A stretch of 64,000 nucleotides of DNA from Camelus ferus (lineage: Eukaryota). Location: NCBI RefSeq assembly GCF_009834535.1, contig NC_045707.1, positions 63,552,001 through 63,616,000 of the forward strand, given 5' to 3'. This document shows positions 53,528 to 64,000 of this stretch, piece by piece (position 1 is the first letter of the stretch; every line of letters begins with the position of its first letter). The translations under genes were made by a program, and so were the position numbers. A model generated the notes under the pieces. It had not been told where the DNA came from and did no database searches. It was given only the letters and a program-made list of their open reading frames with translations.

Positions 53528-54048
53528 TGTAATAGGGAAGAACAAATCTGACTCCATATTAGACCTGTCCTTTGGCTCTAACCCTGTGCTCTGTTTCCTG
53601 GACTTAGTCCTAATGGTTCTGCACCTTTTGTAAAAGAATGCTGCCTACAGCCTGAAATAGACAGGACAGCCCATTCTCAACGTTCTGACCTTCAAGGGTA
53701 TAACATTTTCCCATTCCTAGGAAGATAAAAAGTTGCAGAATAGAAAATAACATTTGCCTTGGTGGAGGTTTACAGGGACATCGTGGCCTGACCCATGTGG
53801 ACAGCTGTGAGAACAAAGGATTCCGACACCAGGAACTTTGCAACAGCCAACTACACCACCGTCTCCCCTTTTCAGTATAAAAGGAGCCTGAATTCTGACT
53901 TGGGGAAGATGGTTCTCCAGGGTATTAGTCTGCCATCCTCTTGGTCTGTCGGCTTTCCGATAAAGTCATTATTCCTTGCCCCAGCACCTTGTCTCCCGAT
54001 TTACTGGCTTATCGTGCAGCGAGCAGTAGGAGTTTGGACTCGGTAACA
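53528..54048 (+). mobile_element. ERV1 solo LTR, MER41-like family, copy 2 (TPH2 intron 8, antisense to gene)
   Basis: TGTAATAGGGAAGAACAAATCTGACTCCATATT...GGACTCGGTAACA, with TATAAAA near 53876. Flanks acgt/gtgt are explicable as a CpG-decayed 4-bp TSD. Colinear with 21988-22511. Confidence 0.9.
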
Positions 54049-56109
54049 GTGTCACAGCACACCACATTGATCTGGCAATACCCTGTTAACCAAGTTCTTA
54101 GAAAAAGTATTGAATATGTAAATAAGGCTAAGGGATCACCTGGTGTCTTTTGAAAGACAGACTCAAGCACTGTCTGAAAGGCCAACCTGTCTAACAGGTC
54201 ACCTGCTTCTCTTGGACAAGAAGCATCAGCATGACCTGGGATCTTGTCAGTAATGTCAAGGCTTCCTTCCAGACCTACCTGAACAGAATCTGCCTTATAA
54301 CAGGATGCCTACGTTATTTTATACACATTACCATTGGAAAAGCACTGATCTAGGGAATAGATCCTTTGTCTGACTTCCTATTTACTATTGATTGAGGCTC
54401 AGATGCTGTGAAGTTAGGTGTTAATTCTGTGAAGACTGATGAGCTGCAAGTCATCTTTGTCCAGGCGACATGCAAATGATTTCTGCCAGGTAGAAAAGAT
54501 AACGTTAAGGTCACAGGGTTTGCCTTGTAGAACATAAAGCCTTGTGCACCTTGTTCCAGGATTCTTTCTTTCAGTGACTGTATCTTCTCGGTCTCTCGAA
54601 TCCTCCTCTGAGCTAGATTTACCATCCTGCTTTCCCCTCATGAAGGAGTTAAATAAATCTCGATGACACATACTCAGCACACATGTATGACAGTCATGCT
54701 CATAACTGTTTAAAGTTCTAATTCAAAACCAGTCACCTCTCAATAGCAGTAAGATATTTCAAGTGAACACAGTAATCGCTGTCTTTTCTTGGGAAAAATA
54801 GTCAGTGTCCAGCAAGCAGTAACTGAGAACGTCCAATATGATGTAAAGATAAATCTAGCAACGGCCTGGTCCCTCAACATGCTACCTGGTCTAATGTACA
54901 ATCCAACTTTAAATACGAGGGTTGACAACTAAGAGCCTGTGGTTCTGTTTCAACGTGCAGACATGATTTGTAGCCAAAGAACATTTTGTTTTGTTTTAAT
55001 TTTTGAATTTGAAGGCCTTTAGATACAATGCATATTCTCCAGTTCTCCACAGGCTCAAATTTTCCTTATTATCCTCCATCAGGCTCTTTTGCACATGTCT
55101 GCTACCTGTCTAGTCCCTGACGGCATTTAAGTTTACTGTCCTTAAAGAGGACACTAATCTACCAAACCCACCAAAGCCAGCATGACAGGGGTAAGTGGAT
55201 GGTCTGACAATTACAGCACATGCTAAGCAGCCCTCACTGGGATTATTTTTGCATATCTATCATGCACAGACCCCGGACAGCTATGATGAGGATGAAAAGC
55301 GTGTGGCTGCCAAATCCAGTCGCCTTATTCATTATCCACCAGAGGGCAAATTATTTACGTGGAAAACAATGCACTTCAAATACATTCGCCAAGCACCATC
55401 ATCAATTCCTTCAGATACAAAAGAGTTCCGTTTAAATGGGTCTCAGGGAGTAGAAACCATTGCCCACATAAAACAGCGAAGATAGCTCCATTCTCAAAAA
55501 ATGAGCATTATTAAAATGTCAAAATAAATACCATGCAGAAATGCAGCAAGAAGAGGCAGCAGCTATAGGCAAGAGACTAGTGCCTCCGACATCAGAGCCA
55601 CAAGTTCAAAAGCAGCTTTGGACAAAACAAGAGTTTGGCGGCACCCAGCACGTCTAGGGGAGGCTGTTTTCTCCCTTAGATGGATTTGTCTGCAGCACAT
55701 CACAGAAAGTTATTAAGTGTCTACTTTCCCGAGGCATGACTCTCTTCTTCGTAAGTGCTTAAATTCACTAAACCAGGAAAACCAGGCACTATATAAACAG
55801 AGTCATTAATAATATAAATCTCACCTAGAGTAAAAGAATGATACGGGCTGTCTCATTGTTCTGTATAAATAGTGCTTTCTGTGGTTTTCCATCTGTCCTC
55901 TCTATGGATTTTTCTCCTTTGGTACATCTCATCTCTCATTTTATTCTAGTACTTTTTCAGGGGACTTAATGGGAACAACGTAGAGGAAATCAGCTAATAA
56001 TGCCTCCATTTTTCATCAGGACAGCTGAGGCCTCAACCAACCCCACTCTCTCCCCACCACTGGGCTTTCTACGCCTCCCAGCCAGGCCTTACTTCAATCT
56101 CTTAGTCCT

Positions 56110-56541
56110 TGTAACTGGGTCATTAAGGTGGGGAGCCCCATGAAAAGACCAGCAGGACCCACAGGCAGGGCCACTACTTTCCCACAGGCGCCATCCGGTT
56201 CCCTGGCCTGGTGACATTATCTCACTTTTGTGCTTCTGTAAAATGGCTTGCTTCTAGGAAAATGAAACTTACTCCTAAGATTCTATTGGTCCATTTCTAA
56301 CACCTCATTTGCATATGTGCAAACCTAGCTCGCTCCTGATTGGTCCATTTCTAACACCTAATTTGCATATGGTGGGGAAAAAAATGAAAACCTAAAACTA
56401 TATAAAAGCCTGTGTAAACCTACAGACAGGGTCCAGAGCTTAAAGCATTAACTCCTCTGGCCCCGCTGGTGTAATTAACCTGAGTTCTCCAACCCTCCGA
56501 GTGTCACTTGGTATCTCGCCAGGATTCAGGTTGTTGTAACA
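56110..56541 (+). mobile_element. ERV-type solo LTR with duplicated CCAAT/octamer module (left boundary may extend to about 55980)
   Basis: TGTAAC...TGTAACA ends, two 33-bp direct repeats, TATATAAAA at 56399-56407, and R/U5-like gcattaactcctctgg..gtaattaacctgagttctcc. TSD not clear. Confidence 0.7.
56285..56407 (+). promoter_or_regulatory. LTR promoter-like module: 2x (ATTGG + ATTTGCAT) followed by a TATA box
   Basis: attggtccatttctaacacct(c/a)atttgcatatg at 56285-56317 and 56339-56371; TATAAAA at 56401-56407. Motifs are seen directly; activity is unknown. Confidence 0.55.
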
Positions 56542-57697
56542 AGTACATGGCTTGAGGGTCATTCATATGCATGTCATCCCATAGGTCACTTATTCCCAGG
56601 TTTACTTTGAAATTGCCTGACTGGAATCTGTGTTTTCTCTCAAGACCATCTTCCAGCAGTTTTCCATTCACTCTGTTTTTAACTGCGGGATGGGATGTGG
56701 TTCTAGAAGTCAATGGCAGTTAGAGCATCATTTCAGAGAAAAAAATATCTCCCTAGCCTCCCACACCTCGAGTCTACCTTCCTCTATATTCTCCACATCA
56801 CACGGAAAAAGCTTCCCAAATTTCTTCTTTCAAAGTAAGTGGGCAGTCTCTAAAACTGGAAAGAATTAGAACTACAAGGTTTGTGAGAGACAGAAAAACA
56901 AAGAGAGTTGAGGTGGGGGCTCTTGCCATATCAGGAAAGAAAAGAGCAGACCAGGGAAAACCATGGTGAGGAAGCTGCCCAAACTGTCCATCGCATTGAG
57001 AAGAGGCCCCAAGTCTTTTGCGTTACAGTCATTTGCAAGTTTACACTCTGGTTTTTGTAACTGTCAAAGCCACTGCGAGGTTCCAGATGTGTGGGCTCCC
57101 TCGGGAGGCACGTGATGCTCCCCAACCTGTCACCAGTTATTTCCAGTCAGAGAAGAGCCTCTCTGCTGGCCCCTGCTCCATTCTGAGTCCCAGTCTCTGA
57201 CACTGGACTCAGAACCCACACACACTTAGAAGACTCCCCTTAAATTCACCTCTAAGTATCTGCTTGTGTATATGAATAAAAACTAACACTGACCCTGAGT
57301 TTTCCAAATTTTTGTGTACTAGATCATGAGTTCCTTGAAGCAAGTACTGCCTCCCTGTCTTTTCCCTATTCCTACCTCATGGTACTAAGATTCTTTAGCC
57401 ACTTAAAGAGTATCTGTTGACTTAAATTGGCTTTTGCAGACAAGCAGGTACATTCTAGGGAAAGAACAATGAAAGAAGAGGAAGAGAGAGAGAGAAATAT
57501 GACTGATGATCTAATGATCTCTCAGAGATGGAAATGGTTTTGGATGCTGGAGCTAGGGGAATCCATGGCCAAGGATGTTGGAATCATGCTAAAGAGTGTA
57601 AGTTCCAAAAGGAAACTTACATCCTAGGAAATTTATTGGCCCTAGTAAAACAGGTCTCAAGGTCAAGTACTAATTTTTTCTTGCAAGTGCAAAAATA

Positions 57698-58180
57698 GGA
57701 ACAAAGAATAATGGCGCCCTAAAGATGCCCTCGCCCTAATCTCCAGAACTTTTGAATATGTTATTTTGGTAGATATGACTAAGGGTATGGCCCTTGAGGT
57801 GGGGAGAGTATTGTGAATTATCCAGGGGGACCCAATCTAATCACCCAAGTCCTTAAAAGCAAGAGACCTTTCCCAGCTATTATCAGTGAGAGAGAGACAT
57901 GACAACAGAAGGAAGGTCAGAGGGATGCAATGTTGCTGGCTCTGAAGACGGAGGAAGGGGACCACAAGACAAGGAACACAGGCAGCCTTTAGCAGCTGGA
58001 AAAGCAAGGGAAGGGATTCTTCCCCAGAGCCCCAGAGAGGAACACACCCCTGCTGACACCTTAAGTTTAGCCCAGTGAGAACTGCGCCAGATGTCTGACT
58101 TGATGAAACTATAAGACAACAAATCTGCATTGTTTTAAGCCATGCTTAATTTGTTTATGGGAACAACAGAACGTGAACAC
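57698..58180 (+). mobile_element. MaLR LTR (MLT1C/D-like)
   Basis: agaataatggcgccctaaagatgccctcgccctaatctccagaac..ccctgctgacaccttaagtttagcccagtgaga..ttgttttaagcca. Confidence 0.85.
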
Positions 58181-58740
58181 AAAAGGCCACCCTTGGCTCC
58201 ACAGGTCCCTCTGAACTAACGAGCAGGCCCTCCCTGTGCAGCCCCCAAACCAGAGAGATCTCCTGCCCTGGGCTGAACCTGCCCCTCTCCCAACCCTCTC
58301 CCACAGCCCCACCACCTGGCCGAGTTCTCATCTTTCTAGACTCAGCACCAAGTTTCTCTCTTCTGACAAATCTTAGTTTTATCTATATAAGCTATGAATT
58401 TCTGAAAAGTGAGGACCCCCTGTCATATTCTTTGTAAATGTTAGTGTGAGTGATGAATTAATTAATCATCATTAATGGTGTGTAAAAATAAGGGACAATG
58501 AAACTGCTTTCTTGTCATTGCTTTTCAGAAAGAAATAAAGATCACTCACTGGGACCCACCTACATTCACATCCATGAAGTCCTACCTTATTCCTTCTCCT
58601 CCTCTCTTGGGACACACACAGTCACACAGTCACACAGTCACACACTCACACAGCCTGGCAGAGTTGAATCCCAGTCTGTAGCTGTTCAGAGTATGACAAC
58701 TAAGTAATATATTCATCTCTGATCAAGAATATAAGCTGTC

Positions 58741-59260
58741 AGATGACTGAACAAAGAAGTTGTGGTATATTTATACAATGGAATACTACTCAGTCATAAA
58801 AAAGAATAAAATAATGTCATTTGCAGCAACATGGATGGAACTAGAGATCCATCATTCTAAGAGAAGTAAGCCAGAAAGAGAAAGAGAAATACCATATGAT
58901 ATCACTCATATATGGAATCTAAACAAACAAACAAAAAGAACACTATGAACTCATCTACAAAACAGAAACAAACTCTCAGACATAATAAACAATCTTAGGG
59001 TTACCGGGAAAGTAGGTGGGAAAGGATAAATTTGGGAGTTTGAGATTTACAAATTTACAAAAGCCACTACAGATTTTAAAAAAGTTTCTTCTGTAGAACA
59101 CAGGGAACTATGTTCAATATCTTGTAATAACCTTTAGTGAAAAAAAAAAATGAAAACAAATATATGTACATATCTACATGACTGGGACATTGTGCTGTAC
59201 ACCAGAAATTGATACACTGTAATTGACTGTACTTCAAGTAAAAAATAAATTAAAAAAAAA
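58741..59260 (+). mobile_element. Lineage-specific L1 3' end, 5'-truncated, with TSD
   Basis: ORF2 remnant [29 protein letters not shown], poly(A) tail, TSD aagaatataagctgtcag (58725-58742) / aagagtacaagctgtcag (59261-59278). Confidence 0.92.
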
Positions 59261-59395
59261 AAGAGTACAAGCTGTCAGGGGTCAAAGGCTGAAACCAGAA
59301 AATTTCAAAGGAAACTTGAAAGGCACAGAAAAGTTCCAAAACATGGAGTTTAAAGCCAAGGCTAAGATGTGAGAATCAAATAACAGAACTTCTCG

Positions 59396-59812
59396 TGTGG
59401 TGGTTTTAAAATACGTCTACAAACACTTTGACGCTGCTTTCTCCCAGTGGTGGAGACTAATTCTCCTTCCCTTGAGTGTGGGCTGGAGTGAGTCCTTTCT
59501 AATGACGAGAATACAGCGGACGTGATCAGAGAGTATCATCAGGTCACAAAAGGCATTACAACTTCCTCCCCTCAGTATCTCTCTCTCTGCTCACTCTGGA
59601 GAAAGTCAGAGAAGGTTCCAAATTTGCAGACATCTTACAGGCCCCGCCCACATCTTAATGGCAACCTCAAGACAGCCCCTGAGCCAGAACCACTCAGCTA
59701 AGCTGCTTCTGAATCTCCAAACACAGAAACCGTGAGCTAATAAATGTGCGTTGTTCTAAGCCACTAAATTTTAGAGTTATTTGTTACACAGTAATAGACG
59801 GCCAGTCTACAT
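59396..59812 (+). mobile_element. MaLR LTR (MLT1F-like)
   Basis: tgtggtggttttaaaatacgtc..cccttgagtgtgggctgga..ctgagccagaaccactcagctaagctgct..taagccactaaattttagagttatttgttacacag. Confidence 0.8.
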
Positions 59813-59827
59813 GAGACACCACCCCTA

Positions 59828-60400
59828 GGGCGCTGGTGACAAATTGGAAGTTACGATCCTACAAATATATTTTCCTCAGCTCATAAGTAGATTTTTTTAT
59901 GAGCTGAAATTTTCAAATCATTAAATTTTATTAAAAAAAAAAAAAAAAAACTAGATTTCCAGGCTGTCTCAAAATTTTGGAGACCCAGCAACACAAAGGC
60001 CTACATTCCCATCCTGCCGCTGTCTGCTGTAGAGGAGGTGTGAGGATGCTTGCCTGTGTTCACCGTGGTCCCCACTGACCCCTACACATCACCTTACTGA
60101 CGACAACAGCATGGCTTTTACACCGCTATTTCTCTTTTAGTAGAAAAATATTTCTCAATTCCTGTATTTCTGTCAAAAGTAGAAAACAGAAGATATACTG
60201 AAAGGGTTTTGTGTCTTAAGAAATCTCAGAGAAAACTTATTTCTTGGTGGGAAGAAAGAATATTCCCGCATGACTAATACGCCATCGGTGTGCATCTGGG
60301 TCAAACACACACAATTTAAGAGTCTCTTTTTTCTTCTGCTAATAGCTTTGCTCATTGAGGCTCACAGACTGGCCCCTGTAGGTGAGTTTGCTAAACTTGC
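59828..60400. mobile_element. Probable hAT-Charlie fossil (MER102-like); similar piece at about 54918-55143
   Basis: Shared terminal motif ctggcccctgtaggtgagtttg / ctagtccctgacggcatttaagttt. Heavily diverged. Confidence 0.4.
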
Positions 60401-60668
60401 TCTTACTTACTCTGGGTTCTTTGAAATGGGACTAAGATAAGGCATTTGAGCTGACTAGATATAGTTCTTCAGTAGATTAAAGGCAGCCACCAACATTACG
60501 CATTTCCTTTCATACCACTTAATTTGAGAAGATCCTTGCTATTCAAATTATGTCTGACCACATCCATGTTGACTAGTCAAAGATAATCCCAAATACAACC
60601 CCTACTTTACCATAAATACACACTCTTACTAGTACTAATGTTTCTAGGAAATAAACATCGAACCAGAA

Positions 60669-60867
60669 CAAGAGTCAGCAAATAGCAGCATACAGACCAA
60701 ATCCAGCCCACCGCCAGCTTTTATAAATAAAGTTTTATTGGAACACGGCCACGCTTAATGATGTATTGTCTGTCGCTGCTTCTGCACCACGCTGGCTGAG
60801 CTAAGTAGTTATGACAGAACCCTCATGACCTGCAAGCCTAAAAGATTTACTATCCAGCCAATCCCTG
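60669..60867 (+). mobile_element. MER58A-like hAT MITE, copy 1
   Basis: caagagtcagcaaa..aaataaagttttattggaacacggccac..gccaatccctg. 8-bp TSD aaccagaa / aacaagaa. Confidence 0.85.
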
Positions 60868-61047
60868 AACAAGAAGGATAAAATACAAAGATTGTGACAG
60901 TTAATAAGCCAAGAACACATGGTGCTTCAAAGGAACACAATGTGAGAAAAGTCAAGTCGCCTCCAGAATGTCTGCCTTCTCAGTTACACTCACTGACTCG
61001 AATGCGTTCCTCACCTTACAAGTGGACCGAAAGAGAACGGTTTTTTA

Positions 61048-61278
<231 letters not shown>

Positions 61279-61547
61279 TTACTATAATTAATTACTGCTA
61301 CCAAATTTCACCAATGCTGACTTTTTAATCACATGTTAGCATCTCTGAAATCCAGAGGCATCTTACACTCAATGGCACCTTGAATCATATGATATACATT
61401 ATTTTTAACAAAAGAATAGCGACTGCTGTTTTCAAGGGCTTATATGCCAAGCATGTGGTAAGTGTTTTACTACCCACATTACCTCTTTTCATACTCAAGA
61501 GAAACTTAGAGAATTAAAATAACTTATTAGTGCAACATTCTACAGAT

Positions 61548-61769
61548 CAGGGGTGGGCAAACCACAGCTGCAGGCCACATCCGGCCTCCTGCCTGTGTCT
61601 GCAAATAAAGTTTTATCGGAACACAGCCATGCACATTCACCGATGTGTTGTCTACAGCTCCTTTTGGCTAAAACGGCAGAGTTGAGTAGCTATGACTGAG
61701 ACCACATGGCTTGCAAAGCCTAAAATATTTACTAGCTGGCCCTTCACTGAAAATGTTTGCTGACTCTTG
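61548..61769 (+). mobile_element. MER58A-like hAT MITE, copy 2
   Basis: caggggtgggcaaac..aaataaagttttatcggaacacagccatg..gtttgctgactcttg. 8-bp TSD ctacagat / ctatagac. Confidence 0.88.
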
Positions 61770-62809
61770 CTATAGACAGTGATAAAAGCCAAAATTTGAA
61801 TCCAGTTTATCATGATTTCTAACCTCTTGTTCTCAATTCTTAAATTACACTGCATCTCATGTTACACTTTGCAGGCCCTGGGAAACATCAGAGAGTCACA
61901 TAACTAGCTCCATCACGAACTAGCTCTTCCCATAGACAATGTTTCTGTCCATAACACAATGTTTCTGCCCATGACACCAGCAGTCCCCTGGAGCCTGCAC
62001 ACTGGAAGACCCTCCCAGTCCTCTGCTTTGACTAGCCCGAACTAGGTAAGAACAGAAGTTTATATTCTCTCATTTGCCTGAGTTTCCTCTTGGAGCCAGA
62101 TGACCAGGCAAAGGCAGGTATGTGTCACAATGAAGCAAGGCAGACGCCCTCCTGAATCACTGCCGTGAATCACAAACTATTTCCTGATACCGGGCTATGT
62201 TGGAATGAGTTCCCCTATCACTCTCTGGGAATGGGTCAAGAGGCAGGAATATTTTATCTTCTTGACAACTAATTAGCCAGGTGGTAATTGAAAGATGTTT
62301 CCTGGTTTCACCTGGGCTCCTCTGAAGCATATCAAAGAGATGCAGTAACATAAAAGCCAGGTACTGCCACCGTTAGGACAAGTATAAAGTAAGCTGCATG
62401 GTCATATAGTTGAAGCAAGGGTAGAAAGTGGACGCCAACACAAAACAGAGGGCGTTGCTCAGTCAAAAAATCTTGTTTCCACAACTCACACCACATGGCC
62501 AACCCTGGACAGCCACTTCACAGATACATCACATTGAAAAGGTGACCAAAGGAGAATGTGTGGACATGATACTAAAAGAAACTCCAAGTTCATTCCCCAT
62601 CAACTGTGGGCCAATAGCCTCCTCTTTTCCGCTGAAACTGAATTTGTGGGAAAGATTACGTAATGGTTACTCTCCAATCACATTGCTTAAGGTGGAGAAT
62701 CAGACCCATTGGATTTTAGGGCATAAGGGGAATTTAAAAGTTACCAGAGCCTCTCATTTCACCTCTGGAGAAATTAAATACAGAAGGAGAAAAAAAAGAA
62801 AGCTAACAG

Positions 62810-63178
62810 TCACCAAGCTCCTATTGTGTGCTGGGCACTGTGCTAAATGTTTTCATATCCCTTTTAGTAATTTCATCTTTGCTTACAAGAACTCTTTATT
62901 ATCCCCACTTGATAAATGGGGAAACTAAAGTTCAGTACATTTAAGCATCTTTTCCAAGGACACACTGTTAGTAAGACACAGAGACGGGTGGGGGTATAGC
63001 TCAGTGGTAGAGTGTGTGCTTAGCATGCATGAGGTCCTGGGTTCAATCCCCAGTGCCTCCATTAATAAGTAAGTAAATAAATAGACAAACCCAATTACAC
63101 CCCCGCCACCACCAAAAGAGACAGAGACAAGATTTGAGATCAAATTCCTCTGACTCAAAGCTATGTGTTTTTCACTCT
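62810..63178 (-). mobile_element. MIR split by a Vic-1-type SINE
   Basis: ctattgtgtgctgggcactgtgctaaatgtttt..atccccacttgataaatggggaaactaa; resumes aagatttgag..tctgactcaaagc after the SINE. Confidence 0.75.
62986..63115 (+). mobile_element. Vic-1-type SINE with near-intact tRNA-Ala(AGC) head
   Basis: gggggtatagctcagtggtagagtgtgtgcttagcatgcatgaggtcctgggttcaatccccagtgcctcca plus SINE tail. TSD aagacacagagac (62973-62985) / aagagacagagac (63116-63128). Confidence 0.95.
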
Positions 63179-63304
63179 GCTGGTGGAGTAAATGAGAAGG
63201 GGGTGTGTGGCGCACAGCCTCAGTTGTGGGGAGAGAGTTTAACCAAGCTGCTTAGCACAAGTGAAAGTGTAGTCAGTGCGTCCCAAGTCTCCTTTCCCAC
63301 CACT

Positions 63305-63467
63305 CAGTCCTTAACCCTCCAGATTACTTGAGGAGCCTTTTAAAAAATGTCAGTGACTGGGTGCTACAGACAACCAATCAGGACTGTCGACGATGGACCT
63401 GAGCATCTGTATTGTTTTAGAAGCTCCCAGAGAAATCGTAAGACATAGCCGGGGTGGAGACCCACTG
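63305..63467. mobile_element. MER5-like hAT fossil (similar pieces at about 27530-27690 and 54190-54348)
   Basis: gattacttgaggagccttttaaaaaatg..gcatctgtattgttttagaagctcccag..ggagacccactg. Confidence 0.65.
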
Positions 63468-64000
63468 TCGTAACGGAGGATGCTCGAGCTCTCCTAGCAG
63501 GCTTCAAGCAACTAGTACTTACAACTAAAGCTAAATGCGATGATGGAATTTTGAGCTGCCCGTGTTTAATGCCACTAAAACTACATCAGACGGACATCCA
63601 TGTACTGAGGAATAATGAACGGTGGGTGAACTTTCATGACTCCGCCACATGCATCCAGTTCCATTCAAGGTCTGATACTTCTCTGCTGAGAATGGACCCT
63701 GTAGACTCTTCTGCGACCAGTTTTTTTTTAAAGCTCATGCAGTCGGCACTGATACTGGACTCGAGGGGCCCATCATGGATAAATCGGAACATCCCCACTG
63801 CAGCCTACATACTAAAGCACCTCTACGGATCCAGACAGAAAACATGACAACAATAATTCCAAAATCAGACTAGGTGTCAAACTCCAGGGAAATACGAAAG
63901 ATGGCGAGTCTTAGCTCATAGTACGAATAAACAAAGTAAGCAGAAACTAAAATAACAACTCTAGTGGCCAACACGTCTTGAATGCTATGGGCCAGGCACT

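Noticed and set aside
61929..61977. Short ~20-bp tandem duplication (acaatgtttctg(t/c)ccat x2); also (CACAGTCA)n at about 58613-58652
   Set aside because: Ordinary slippage products with no spacer structure; not CRISPR-like or otherwise informative.
62428..62928. 166-aa plus-strand ORF
   Set aside because: Non-ATG start, runs into a MIR, antisense within a TPH2 intron, and has no recognisable domain.
62990..63061. Apparent tRNA-Ala(AGC) gene
   Set aside because: Differences from tRNA-Ala are mostly CpG-decay changes. It is followed by the SINE tail rather than a T-run terminator and is flanked by a TSD inside a MIR, so it is a SINE head.

Overview
Mammalian genomic DNA, most likely a camelid, judged from seven tRNA-Ala-derived Vic-1-type SINEs and camelid-type L1 3' ends. 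The window holds the 3' half of TPH2 (tryptophan hydroxylase 2) on the minus strand: four coding exons (human exons 8-11) at 61066-61192, 35063-35158, 26566-26699 and 26262-26436. All have GT-AG boundaries, join in frame, and end in ...MNQYLGI-stop, followed by a ~0.7 kb 3' UTR with tandem AATAAA signals. About 25 kb of downstream intergenic DNA fills positions 1-25500. The rest is intronic or intergenic sequence rich in L1, L2, MIR, MaLR, ERV1 solo LTRs and DNA-transposon fossils. Nearly all ORFs in the supplied track are spurious; only 35057-35239 contains a real exon in frame. I found no convincing new biological system. The best leads are regulatory or evolutionary: an intronic antisense LTR with a duplicated CCAAT+octamer module and TATA box, a cluster of ETS motifs in intron 9, two same-family solo LTRs bracketing exons 9-11, a K-to-Q change in exon 10, and two L1 copies truncated at the same point. 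Repeat family names and human residue numbers are from memory and need RepeatMasker or alignment confirmation.
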